A DNA stretch of 25,838 bases from Candidatus Bathyarchaeia archaeon (GTDB lineage: Archaea; Thermoproteota; Bathyarchaeia; Bathyarchaeales; Bathycorpusculaceae). Where the stretch lies: the NCBI GenBank assembly GCA_049970895.1, contig JBMFMB010000018.1, forward strand, positions 1 through 25,838, read 5' to 3'. The translations under genes were made by a program, and so were the position numbers. Below are positions 15,975 to 25,365 of this stretch, piece after piece (the first letter of the stretch is position 1; every line of letters begins with the position of its first letter). The notes under the pieces were generated by a model. It worked only from the letters and a program-made list of their open reading frames with translations, did no database searches and was not told the DNA's origin.

Positions 15975-17843
15975 TCAGCGGAGCTTCTCCAAGGCTCTGT
16001 CAACGTCTTCCAACCCAAGCTTTCTAAGGGTTTCGGATTTCGGTATGCCCCTCTCATCCCAGCCGACAAGCTCATAGTACCTATGTTTTTCCTCGTCCAC
16101 TCGAGTCTTCTCTATAACCTTTCCTTTGTATGGTCCTGACGGCAAAGGCTCATAAAACCGGGGCGGGTTGTCATCGTGGATTTCCGGGTTCCACCTTAAG
16201 TCTGGTCCGCCTAGGAGAAGCATAGCCCTCTGCAGCTGTATTATTTTCATGGCTTTTGTGGCAACCCAATCCTCCTTTGTCAGTTCTATGCCGGTTACAG
16301 CCTTGTAAAAGTTGAAGACAACTGTGCGGGACAAGCCGAAAACGTTGAAGTAGCAGTAAACCCCTGAATCGTGGAAAGCCATCATAAGCTCGCTTCTAAA
16401 ATCGTCCAACGGCATGCACGCCACGGAAGTGTGGTCTCCACCTTGAACGGAACATGCATAAGAGTATATTTCCGGATAATCCTTCTCGCTTCGGATTCCA
16501 TGGGCACCAACACCTATGCCCTTAACTTGTACAGCGTAAGGCATGACGTCGACGCCCTTCATCTCGCCAATTTTTAGGGCTGCACGATAAGTGCCTTCGG
16601 CTAAAATGTTGCCTATACCTTCTCTGTAGGCGATTTTTTTGGCTAGTTTGGCGAAAGCCTCGGTGTCGCCCCAATTTAGTTCTATGCCGTCCAAATCCTC
16701 CTTTGTTAACATTCCTCTTTGGAAGAGCTCCGCCGCAAAGCCCAAAACATTGCCTGTCTGTATGCCGCAGAGCCCCAAATCGTCTATGACAGAAGCCATG
16801 TAAACGTTATCTTCCGGGGTGAATATGCCTAGGTTTGTGCCAACATAGGCTTGCAACTCGTAGTCTGGATTGTCTGTTATTGCGCCCTTAAATTTGCCAG
16901 CCCTCACAACAGCCAGTTTTAGGCATGTTGTCGGACAGCCAAAATCCCCCCAATACTGTTTTACCCAAACCCTATTTTCAAACTCGTTAACCCCGAAGCT
17001 TTTCTCGTCATGCCACTCCTCCTGCCAGTTCCTGACGGGCTCGGAGCTTGTTTTAGCCCCAACTTCGTAGCCAGACGCACCAGTCCCCCAACGTCTCCAA
17101 AGCTCACTTTCATAGGCGTTGTTGCAAACCTCCTGCATAAGCGCCTTCACGCCCTCCAGATCGGCAACCTCTGGAAGCGGACCAGTGCCTTTAACGGCTA
17201 TTGCCTTAAGCCTCTTAGAGCCCATCACGGCGCCATAACCGCCATAACCAGCGGCATGCGACCACTTAGCTGCCACAGCCGCCGTTCGCACCTTGTTCTC
17301 TCCAGCTGGACCAATATAGAGGATTGAGGGCTCTTTCCATTCGCCCTTCTGCGGATAACGAGCCCTCAATAGTTCTCTACATTCCCTTGTCAGAGCGGCG
17401 ACTGTTTGTTTTGCATCCAAACTCCAAATGTGGCTAGCACTGCGAATTTCAACATCGGAATCCTTAATGAAGAGGTAAACGGGCTTTTCAGCCTCACCAG
17501 CCACTATTATGCCATCATATCCAGCGCATTTCAGCTCTACGCCAAACTCTCCGCCAACAGTAGAGCCAACAACACCATTGCTCTGCGGAGACTTGCCAGA
17601 AACACAAATCCGCCCGCCAGGGAAAAAGCCAGTAAGCGGACCAGTCAAGAACAGCAATAAGTTTTCTGGTCCAAGCGGGTCAACGGTTTCCCATCGGCTG
17701 CCAAGCCTGTCCCAGAGGATTTTTGCGGCTAATCCCCTACCGCCAACATAATCCCTTAAAACCTCGTCGCTGAACCCCACTCCCTTAAAGCTTTTGGCGG
17801 AGAGGTCGACCTCCAAGAATTTTCCAGCATAACCCCTAATCAT
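15975..17843 (-). CDS. Tungsten-containing aldehyde:ferredoxin oxidoreductase family, large subunit (WOR5-like)
   Basis: GGRGL, TGPLTG, KSPQSNG, IGPAGEN, GYGAVMGSKRLKA, CPTTC, PDYE and DERGIP. HAAGYGGYG, SEPVRNWQEE, SVQGGDHTS and DDNPPRFYEPLPSGP recall Pyrococcus WOR5 (from memory, not a search). Confidence 0.93.
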   Translation of the reverse strand: MIRGYAGKFLEVDLSAKSFKGVGFSDEVLRDYVGGRGLAAKILWDRLGSRWETVDPLGPENLLLFLTGPLTGFFPGGRICVSGKSPQSNGVVGSTVGGEFGVELKCAGYDGIIVAGEAEKPVYLFIKDSDVEIRSASHIWSLDAKQTVAALTRECRELLRARYPQKGEWKEPSILYIGPAGENKVRTAAVAAKWSHAAGYGGYGAVMGSKRLKAIAVKGTGPLPEVADLEGVKALMQEVCNNAYESELWRRWGTGASGYEVGAKTSSEPVRNWQEEWHDEKSFGVNEFENRVWVKQYWGDFGCPTTCLKLAVVRAGKFKGAITDNPDYELQAYVGTNLGIFTPEDNVYMASVIDDLGLCGIQTGNVLGFAAELFQRGMLTKEDLDGIELNWGDTEAFAKLAKKIAYREGIGNILAEGTYRAALKIGEMKGVDVMPYAVQVKGIGVGAHGIRSEKDYPEIYSYACSVQGGDHTSVACMPLDDFRSELMMAFHDSGVYCYFNVFGLSRTVVFNFYKAVTGIELTKEDWVATKAMKIIQLQRAMLLLGGPDLRWNPEIHDDNPPRFYEPLPSGPYKGKVIEKTRVDEEKHRYYELVGWDERGIPKSETLRKLGLEDVDRALEKLR

Positions 17844-18370
17844 ACATACCGCTCTCCTTCTTCGCCGAAAATTTTAACAGCCAAATCCCGGGCAATCTCC
17901 TCCGGGGTTCTGGCATAAAGCTTGTAAGAGTAATTTCCCCTAGGTACAACCCATAAAACGTTCCAAAGCCCCTCTTGGCAAACCTTAACACATTGCGGGT
18001 CGCCACCGCACAAGTCGCAAATCAAAACCTTGTTCTCAACTGGATGCATGTGCGGAATTCTCCCAGGACAAGCTTCAATACATTTTCCACAGCCAATACA
18101 GGCGCTGGAATCCACAATTACGGCACCAGTCTCCTTGTTCACTGAAAGGGCATTAACTGGACAAGCTTGAACACACGGATAATCCTCACACTGGACGCAG
18201 AAATGGGGAAACTCTATTCCCGGGGCAAGCATAAAAACCCTGATGCGAGAGGCTTCAGGCCATATGCGCTTCGCATGGAAAAGCGAACATGCTATTTCGC
18301 ATTTTCTGCAGCCGCTGCATTTTGAAAGGTCACGGGCAATCCATATGGACGTCTTCTCTTCTGAAGCCAT
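17840..18370 (-). CDS. Multi-[4Fe-4S] electron-transfer subunit (DmsB/HydN-like) of the WOR enzyme
   Basis: CSGCRKCEIAC, CVQCEDYPCVQACP, CIGCGKCIEACP and CDLCGGDPQCVKVC. Its stop overlaps the large-subunit start (ATGA). Confidence 0.93.
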   Translation of the reverse strand: MASEEKTSIWIARDLSKCSGCRKCEIACSLFHAKRIWPEASRIRVFMLAPGIEFPHFCVQCEDYPCVQACPVNALSVNKETGAVIVDSSACIGCGKCIEACPGRIPHMHPVENKVLICDLCGGDPQCVKVCQEGLWNVLWVVPRGNYSYKLYARTPEEIARDLAVKIFGEEGERYV

Positions 18371-18404
18371 ACCTCTTCAACTCTCCTCAAGCGTGAAATC
18401 CTAA

Positions 18405-18447
18405 TTGTGGCTTCTGGCAGATTTAAGTTTGATGCCACAAAAGCCAC
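18405..18447. promoter_or_regulatory. Divergent promoter region with inverted repeats flanking a TATA-like box
   Basis: TTGTGGC (18405-18411) pairs with GCCACAA (18434-18440), with a second AAGCCAC at 18441-18447. These bracket a minus-strand CTTAAAT. Confidence 0.4.
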
Positions 18448-18501
18448 TTTTTATGAAAAGTCTTTAAAGCCAAAGCCCTTAAGAAAAAGGGAGGCTAAGG
18501 T

Positions 18502-19131
18502 TTGTCGATGACGGACATATTCCAACAACTTCAACTATGGCTTCAAAATTTAGCTGTGCAATACGGCTACCTTGGCATCTTTCTAATAAGCCTATTAGGT
18601 TCAATGTCAATATTTTTCCCAATACCATACACTGTGGTTATCTTCACCATAGCCCCCTTCTTCGACCCAATATTAATCGCGTTAGCATCTGGAGCCGGCT
18701 CAGCCATGGGAGAGTTTTCGGGCTACCTACTTGGACTAGGCGGAAGAAAAATCATAAGCGAGAAACGCATACGCCAAATGGAAGCCCTATTGAAAATCTT
18801 TGGGAAATATGGGCCAATCGCCATATTCCTCTTCGCCTTAACTCCACTGCCGGACGACTTGCTCTTCATACCGTTAGGCGTGATGCACTACAGCCTATTA
18901 AAAGCGTTTATCCCCGCACTAATTGGAAAAATTTGCATGAGCCTAATAATCGTCTACAGCGCCCGCTACGCCATAGCAATAATTGAGCAAATATTTGGAG
19001 TAGAAAGCAGCTGGATAACCGCCCTAATAAGCATGACACTAGCAATAATCCTGCTGATAATAGTTCTCGCCATAATGTTTAAAATAGACTGGGAAAAAAT
19101 AGCCGAAAACCTAGAAAAGAAAAGGAAGTAG
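18502..19131 (+). CDS. DedA/VTT (SNARE-associated) membrane protein
   Basis: YGYLGIFLISLLG...FFPIP, GSAMGE..GY.LG, FALTPLPDD and GK. Several hydrophobic helices. Confidence 0.9.
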   Translation: MSMTDIFQQLQLWLQNLAVQYGYLGIFLISLLGSMSIFFPIPYTVVIFTIAPFFDPILIALASGAGSAMGEFSGYLLGLGGRKIISEKRIRQMEALLKIFGKYGPIAIFLFALTPLPDDLLFIPLGVMHYSLLKAFIPALIGKICMSLIIVYSARYAIAIIEQIFGVESSWITALISMTLAIILLIIVLAIMFKIDWEKIAENLEKKRK

Positions 19132-19269
19132 CTAACGTTTTAGAACGCCCATTTCGAGCCACCGCTTCATTTTATACTTGCGATGAGCCGGAAAAGAAAG
19201 AAACCTTTAAAGGCTTGTTGTCTTAGCCGTGTAGGCTATGCATCTCATGTAAGTGAGAGGTGTTGGATA

Positions 19270-19431
19270 ATGAAACATAAAATAGCCGTTATAACTGTTG
19301 AACTTGTAGATGAAAGTATTGAAAGCAGCAACGAAATAATAGAGCGCGACTTGGCCGAGTGGTTTAAAGAAGACGCTGTCACTTTTCCATGGGCTAAAGA
19401 AGTAAAAAGCATAGTGATTAAAGAAAAATAG
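19270..19431 (+). CDS. Small hypothetical protein
   Basis: MKHKIAVITVELVDESIESSNEIIERDLAEWFKEDAVTFPWAKEVKSIVIKEK. GAGGTG precedes ATG 19270 and a CCTTTAAA box lies at ~19204. Confidence 0.65.
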   Translation: MKHKIAVITVELVDESIESSNEIIERDLAEWFKEDAVTFPWAKEVKSIVIKEK

Positions 19432-19548
19432 TGCAAGCGCTCGCCATAAAGAAGGATTAAAGCCAACCTGACCATTAAATTTCGCGGCGATAATGTAGGG
19501 GCAACAGTCTAAGAAACTTTATTAAAACCAAACTTGTCAAATTAGCAT

Positions 19549-20174
19549 ATGCTTCCCGAAACTTTGGTGGCTGGTTTTCTGGCCGCCTGCCTAATAATTT
19601 TCTATGGCGTAAACTTGTATAACATTAAGAAACATCGTAAATTGAAAGAGGGTCTCAAGTATAAAGCCGAAGTGGAGTCTCCAAAGTGTTTGCTCTCCGT
19701 TTTAGCAGCGCTTGGAACCTTCGCCCTCTTCATAGAATCAGCCTTATACATAGTTCTCGTGCTTACCGGCTTCATAAAGCTTTAACCGATTCTTGGCTTC
19801 AACTACGATTTTCCATTCGACTCTTGGGTGCAAACCATCGACCTCTCACTAACAGCCTTCGGCTACTTCCTCTTCATCTGGAGCGTTATCGCAAGGGGAG
19901 ATATGCAACCGCATGAGAAATGCCAGAAAACCACAAACTCGTCACATGGGGACCATGCCGTTACGTTCGGCACCCATCCTACCTAGCCTACCTCATCCTA
20001 TTTATTGGCTTATCCCTCACCTTACTAAACATAGTGGCATTAATTCCGTTAATCGCCATTCCAGGATATATTCAAATAGCAAGTATAGAGGAAGAACTTC
20101 TAATAAAGAGATTCGGCAAAGAATACCAACAATATCAGCAAACAACCGGAAAATTCCTTCCGAAAAGAAAATGT
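19549..20174 (+). pseudogene. Isoprenylcysteine carboxyl methyltransferase (ICMT/PEMT) family membrane protein, disrupted
   Basis: The C-terminal half has HKLVTWGP.RYVRHPSY and EEELLIKRFGKEYQQYQQTTGKFLP. The gene is broken by TAA 19783-19785 (or compensating frameshifts), a frameshift at ~19897 and TGA 19914-19916. Confidence 0.88.
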
Positions 20175-20711
20175 CAAGCTGCTGCGGGTCTGGTGAAAAG
20201 CGAAATTCTGGTGCCGCGCCTAACAAGCCACGGCGCATTGACGCCTGAGCTGAAGTTCACAGCTCCTAGAATGGAGAGGACGCAAAAGGCCGTCAGCAGC
20301 CTTGTGGAAGCCGTCATGGCGGCGCGCGAGGCAGAGGAGCGCGAAGCCTCGGAGCTGGCCAAGGCGAAGGAGAGGATACGCGAACTCGAGAAAACGTTGG
20401 CTGAAGCCCAAAGGGAGATTGAGAGGCTGAAGACAGCCCTCGCCGTCAAGGAAACGATCAAGGTCGAGGTCAAGCCCGCCCTTGAGGTTAAGCCCGCCCA
20501 GCTGCTCCCAAGCGTCCTCGAAAGCCTCGACCAAGATGCAAAGCAGGTCTGGTGCCTCCTCAAGCAGAAGCCTGGAAAATACAAGGCCGAGCTCATGGCG
20601 GCCTTCGGTTGGGGAAGACGGCGCCTGGACAGGGCCGTCCGCGTTCTTCGCAACAGAAGGCTCATCTATGTCCGGGGAAGAAAGCTCTACGCGTCCGAGC
20701 CGCTCTGCTGA
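20175..20711 (+). pseudogene. High-GC 3' fragment of a foreign gene (coiled coil plus C-terminal wHTH; possibly a HerA/DUF87-type ATPase tail)
   Basis: GC rises from 21/60 (line 20041) to 36/60 (line 20341). The sequence reads RLTSHGALTP, then the coiled coil ELAKAKERIRELEKTLAEAQREIERLK, then KAELMAAFGWGRRRLDRAVRVLRNRRLIYVRGRKLY. Confidence 0.55.
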
Positions 20712-20714
20712 CAG

Positions 20715-20739
20715 GTGCGCGCGCATTCATGCGGTGCAC
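20715..20739 (+). terminator. GC-rich hairpin immediately after the high-GC fragment
   Basis: GTGCGC-G-CGCA-TTCA-TGCG-GTGCAC folds as a stem-loop, and T-rich TTTTGCCTTTT follows shortly after. Confidence 0.4.
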
Positions 20740-20932
20740 GTAACATAAGTTTTGCCTTTTAGTCAAGTTAACCTCATAAACTGCCTTTTGGCTTTAAAGC
20801 ACAGAAACTTTCTTCTACTATGGTGAATGTGGAAACAAAAGGTGAAGAAGGCGTTAAAGGAGCGAGAAAACCTGTGGAGCCTTTAAAGCATATAAGCGCC
20901 CCCGCGCAAAGTTTTAACGTGGGTGTTGATGC

Positions 20933-23900
20933 TTGTTCGGCCTAAAATCCCACGCAAAACTCCTAACTGTCTTTCTAGTAGCCCTCATTTTATGTAGCGT
21001 CATCCACTTCCGCTTGGAAGCCCCCTTTGGGGCGGCGCAGGCGGGTTCTCTCAGCTGTTGGCAGGTTCATTATGAGGGAAAGGATGAATCCGCATACCGT
21101 TTCAACCTGAGCGAGGAAGTTTCAGGTTTAGAGATAAGGCTTTACATTCAAACATCACCTGAGGATTACCGCGGCTACGGCCACGACTGGATAAGGTTCA
21201 CCATCGTTGGAAAACCTGTGGAAATAGCAACGTCCCAAGGGACTTTCATCGTTGAGCCCATAGTCGGGCTGACCAGGATAGGATACGAAGGCGACAACGA
21301 AAAGAGCGTCGGCGGACTGCACGCCGCTTATTATGTTCTGCCGAAAAGGAACTACGTCAACTACGTCAATGTGACGGTGCACGCGCCTTTCGGTGAGCCG
21401 CGGCTGGATACGTCCATGTCGTACGTTAAGGCGTGGGATCCCCACGTGAACATGGTTCAACTCACCACGTGGACCCTGGGATGGTTCGATTACAACGTCA
21501 CAGGAGATGGCAGAGCCCGCACAGCCCTTGTCTCCTTCGGCCTTCCGGTGAACGGCCAGCCGATGGAGTCTGGGCTCACGTTCAGTTTCGGAAAAGCCTT
21601 CACGCCGCCGAGGATCCTTTGGCGCCCAGACATTTACGTTGAGGTCGGCTACGCTGGCGGAATAAACATAGCCCCTGAAAGTTTCGTCGGAACGGGCAAC
21701 TATAGCTGCAGGATAAACGTGGGAATTGGAAACGGCAGCTCCCTGAATAACGCCATAGGCTTCGGCCTCGGCCACACGGTTTACAAGGTGAGAAAGGGCG
21801 ACAGCGTCCCTCCCCCCGCCGAGGAAGCTGCGAGCGGATCAATAGATGTGCTGCTTGAGATAGGCCAAAAGCTTCTAAGCTCGCCAGCGGCTAAAACCAT
21901 CCTTGAAGCGCTGGGATACGCGCTCTTCGTATACGATCTTGCCAGCATAGTGGCGTCGCTGGGCTTCGATGAAACGGTTGCGGAAAGCGAAATCCTCGTC
22001 TTTAAAGATGTTAACGTTGGCAACGAACAGTTCTTTGCATGGTTCAACTTCTACGCACAGATCAAGTCGGCAGGGTTAAGCGGGGGCATAGTTAACTTCT
22101 GGGGCAAATTCCCCTTCGGCTCATCCATCTTCGACAGCTACGGGTTCAGCGTCACGGACCTCCCAGACGGGGGGATGCAGGTAGGCGGCATCCTCCTAGA
22201 CTATTATGCCCCTGACTATTGTCCTGGCTTTACAGCGGAAAACATCGTAACCATACGGTCAGATGGACAAGTCTTCCCGATCACAACCCTCATCGCCTCC
22301 GAGGATGGTAGAGTTTACTACCTCACACGCGACGCCAATGCTTCAATCATAGTTGATAGGGAGTTCGTAACCCTTGACGGTTGCGGCCATACGCTCAACG
22401 GCGGCGTCTTGGTCACGGACTTAACAGACAACGTAACAATAAAATCGCTGAAGATAACGGGAGGTCTACATGGGTTAGATTATGACGGGTACGGCATGGT
22501 CTTCCTACGTTACACTTTCAGCGTAACCGTGACTGAAAACCAGATCGCTGATTGCAAAGTGGGCATAATGCTTAATGGAATGAATGGCACAATAACAAGG
22601 AACAATTTGACGCATACTGACGTAGGAATTTGCGTTGAAGGCGTGGATAATCTCGTTTCCGAAAATAATGTGGTTTTAAGCGGAGTAGGCATCTCTTTAG
22701 GCTCTGATAGGACCAACGTAACAAGGAACCACTTAAGGAGTAACGGCGTTGGAGTGGAGGCGATGGGAGCGATGGGTGAAACGATGATAGCATATAATGA
22801 GATAATGGGCTGCGAGAGTGGCATAGTGTCGAAAGGTGGCCGAGACGAGTTCATTTGTGAGAACACGATCCTAAACTGCACTTTCGGCATCGATAACGTA
22901 GATGGTTATTCGATAAGCATCTTCAAGAATCATATAGCCAACTGTAAAGTATTCGGTATACGTTCAATATCCTGGGAATGGGGACCGGACAATATTTTTG
23001 AAAATGAAATCTTAAACTGTGGTTACGGTGTAATTGGAGGCAACTTCACTTATGAAAATAACATTACTGACTGCTACTGTGGCATAGGCTACGGCTACGG
23101 CAACATCGCCCACAACAACATCGTTAACGCATCGATAGGCATTTTCTTGACAGGCGAAGAAGGACTTGCATGGCATATGACCCCAGTAGTTCAAGGGAAC
23201 AGTATCATAAAATGCCGTAATGGCACCCTCATACAGGAGTTGTGGTATGTTGTAATACGTGGAAACAACTACATCAGCAACCATTTCGGCGTGTATGTGG
23301 CCGCTGGTCGCTGGCAGGGCCATGAGATTTCGGAAAACAACTTCGTGAGAAACAAAGTAAGCATCTTCGTTGAGAGTGGGGAGGACGTACGCATCTTCCA
23401 TAACAACTTCATAGAAAATGGAGGAGCACACGGCGACCCGCCCCGGTGCATCTGGGATAACGGCTACCCCTCAGGCGGAAACTACTGGAGCGATTACAAC
23501 GGGACAGATGAGAAAAGCGGCGAAAACCAGGACATGCCCGGCAGCGACGGCATAGGCGACAAACCCTACACCATAAGCGGCAAAGCGGTCGACAGATACC
23601 CTCTAATGGAGCCATGCGGCGAGCTCCCTCCACTAACCAACGAATACACCGTTCATGGAGGAAACATTATTTCGCTGACCTCTAACTCGACGATATCAAA
23701 CTTTAGATATACCCCGGAAAACCATACGATATCCTTCTACGTCCAATGGAGGAAGGGTTCCAAAGGCTTTGTCGACATCAAGATTCCAAAAGGCGTTGAG
23801 AACGGAAAAGCGGAGGTTTTGTTTGACGGCAAACCCATACCATTCAATGAAAGCGAAAGCGCAGACTTCATAATTTTAAACTTCGTATACGAACACTCAA

Positions 23901-24046
23901 AACATGAAGTCGCCATCCGCTTTAGACCAGAAGCAGCGCCATCTGAGCAAGCCTACCAACACGTGATTATAGCTGTTGGAGCTACTGCGATATTGCTTTC
24001 CAGCCTCGCCATACTTGTTAGAAAACGTCGAGCCAGAAAATGCTGA
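20933..24046 (+). CDS. Large secreted, membrane-anchored right-handed beta-helix (NosD/CASH) surface protein with an uncharacterised N-terminal region
   Basis: Signal-like N-terminus. Repeated N.I.N...GI units from about aa 490 to 830. WDNGYPSGGNYWSDY...DGIGDKPY...DRYPLM motif. C-terminal TM helix followed by RKRRARK. Confidence 0.88.
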   Translation: MFGLKSHAKLLTVFLVALILCSVIHFRLEAPFGAAQAGSLSCWQVHYEGKDESAYRFNLSEEVSGLEIRLYIQTSPEDYRGYGHDWIRFTIVGKPVEIATSQGTFIVEPIVGLTRIGYEGDNEKSVGGLHAAYYVLPKRNYVNYVNVTVHAPFGEPRLDTSMSYVKAWDPHVNMVQLTTWTLGWFDYNVTGDGRARTALVSFGLPVNGQPMESGLTFSFGKAFTPPRILWRPDIYVEVGYAGGINIAPESFVGTGNYSCRINVGIGNGSSLNNAIGFGLGHTVYKVRKGDSVPPPAEEAASGSIDVLLEIGQKLLSSPAAKTILEALGYALFVYDLASIVASLGFDETVAESEILVFKDVNVGNEQFFAWFNFYAQIKSAGLSGGIVNFWGKFPFGSSIFDSYGFSVTDLPDGGMQVGGILLDYYAPDYCPGFTAENIVTIRSDGQVFPITTLIASEDGRVYYLTRDANASIIVDREFVTLDGCGHTLNGGVLVTDLTDNVTIKSLKITGGLHGLDYDGYGMVFLRYTFSVTVTENQIADCKVGIMLNGMNGTITRNNLTHTDVGICVEGVDNLVSENNVVLSGVGISLGSDRTNVTRNHLRSNGVGVEAMGAMGETMIAYNEIMGCESGIVSKGGRDEFICENTILNCTFGIDNVDGYSISIFKNHIANCKVFGIRSISWEWGPDNIFENEILNCGYGVIGGNFTYENNITDCYCGIGYGYGNIAHNNIVNASIGIFLTGEEGLAWHMTPVVQGNSIIKCRNGTLIQELWYVVIRGNNYISNHFGVYVAAGRWQGHEISENNFVRNKVSIFVESGEDVRIFHNNFIENGGAHGDPPRCIWDNGYPSGGNYWSDYNGTDEKSGENQDMPGSDGIGDKPYTISGKAVDRYPLMEPCGELPPLTNEYTVHGGNIISLTSNSTISNFRYTPENHTISFYVQWRKGSKGFVDIKIPKGVENGKAEVLFDGKPIPFNESESADFIILNFVYEHSKHEVAIRFRPEAAPSEQAYQHVIIAVGATAILLSSLAILVRKRRARKC

Positions 24047-24048
24047 CG

Positions 24049-24066
24049 CAACGCTTTTAAGCGTTG
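24049..24066. promoter_or_regulatory. Palindrome over a TATA-like box upstream of the second beta-helix gene
   Basis: CAACGCTT-TT-AAGCGTTG has perfect 8-bp arms and contains CTTTTAAG, ~27-44 bp before ATG 24093. Confidence 0.5.
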
Positions 24067-24092
24067 AGGCTTAGCATTAAGTGGGTTTCAAC

Positions 24093-25220
24093 ATGAGAAT
24101 AAGCCTTAAGCATATTGGATTGTTGATGGTTTTAGCCCTTTTAGGCTTTCTCCCTGCCCAGCCGTCTATGGCATCTTTAACCCCTCATAGCCCAATCCGC
24201 ATAAGCAGTAACGCGGACTTTACCGTAGCCAATGGAGTGACTGGCGGTTCTGGAACACCAGCCGATCCATATATTATTGAGGGGTGGGCGATAACTGAAG
24301 CGGAGATAGGTAAAGATTATGGAATTTGGCTTGAAAATACTGACGCTCATGTCGTTATTAGGAACTGCTTGGTTATACCCTCGTATACTGGCATAAGGCT
24401 AGAACACGTGGCAAATGTTGTGATTGAGAATGTTACCGTGAACGGCGGGCATCAGGGCTTATATGTCTATAACTCAACATGCGTCACCGTTTCTGGAAGT
24501 GACATAAGCCACATAGTCGGCGATGTCGTCCTGCTACATTCGTCAACCAACGTTAAAGTGGAGAATTGCCAAATGGGAGAAGGCCGATACTATAGCCTCT
24601 ACATGCAGCATGTAAACAACGCCAACGTGGAGAACTGTGAAATCTACAATAGCCTTTATGGCGTCTACGCTGAATCTTCAACAAACATTTCCATAAACAA
24701 CTGCAAAATCCACGACAACGATGGAACTGGCGTATACTTTTATTCAGTCCTTAACAGCACCGTTTCGAACTGCCTAATTCACTTCAACGAAGATCATGGA
24801 ATATACTTGGACGTGTCAGATTACATAACAATAGAATACTGCGACGTGAGGAACAGCTCGCTGGGCATATGGCTTAACCCAGCCTTCAACTGTGAAATCC
24901 ACTACAACAACTTCATCAACATACACCAAAACGCACAGGACGATGGACAACAAAACAACTGGGATAGGAACTACTGGAGCGACTACAGAGGGGCGGACGC
25001 AAACAACGATGGATATGGAGACACACCGTACACGATCGTTGGAAGCGCAAACGTAAAGGATAACATGCCACTAATGCAAGTTATCCCGGAAATTCCCAAT
25101 CCACTAATACTGCTACTAACAATAACGTTCATTGGAATAGCAGTTTACATACTTAAAAATCAGTTAAAAACAAACAAATCAATAGACATAAAAATGGAAC
25201 TGGGCATGGAAATGAATTGA
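24093..25220 (+). CDS. Secreted right-handed beta-helix (NosD-like) protein with a PEF-CTERM-like sorting signal
   Basis: Signal peptide, HSPIRI...GSGTPADPYIIEGW, beta-helix repeats and NYWSDY...DGYGDTPY. Ends in VIPEIP plus a TM helix plus Lys. Confidence 0.88.
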   Translation: MRISLKHIGLLMVLALLGFLPAQPSMASLTPHSPIRISSNADFTVANGVTGGSGTPADPYIIEGWAITEAEIGKDYGIWLENTDAHVVIRNCLVIPSYTGIRLEHVANVVIENVTVNGGHQGLYVYNSTCVTVSGSDISHIVGDVVLLHSSTNVKVENCQMGEGRYYSLYMQHVNNANVENCEIYNSLYGVYAESSTNISINNCKIHDNDGTGVYFYSVLNSTVSNCLIHFNEDHGIYLDVSDYITIEYCDVRNSSLGIWLNPAFNCEIHYNNFINIHQNAQDDGQQNNWDRNYWSDYRGADANNDGYGDTPYTIVGSANVKDNMPLMQVIPEIPNPLILLLTITFIGIAVYILKNQLKTNKSIDIKMELGMEMN

Positions 25221-25365
25221 CGGAGATATGGATTATGGAGCTTGTTATATCGTCTATATCTAAGGGTTTGGATACTTCGAAGAAAAACCCTACATTGTTC
25301 GTTCCAATGATTGCGCCTTTAGTAATTCAACTGTTCTTCCTAATATTGGCTTATGTTGTCTTCCG
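25217..25365 (+). pseudogene. 5' fragment of a membrane-protein gene, truncated
   Basis: MELVISSISKGLDTSKKNPTLFVPMIAPLVIQLFFLILAYVVF is protein-like. The rest of ORF 25217..25540 is the antisense of the RHH gene. Confidence 0.55.

Noticed and set aside
20174-20748. Multiple overlapping ORFs on both strands in the high-GC patch
   Set aside because: These are expected from stop-codon scarcity at high GC. Only the coiled-coil/wHTH frame looks protein-like.
20830-20842. ORB-like GTGGAAACAAAAG
   Set aside because: It is a single half-match without the TCCA arm or G-string, and no cdc6/orc1 gene is nearby.
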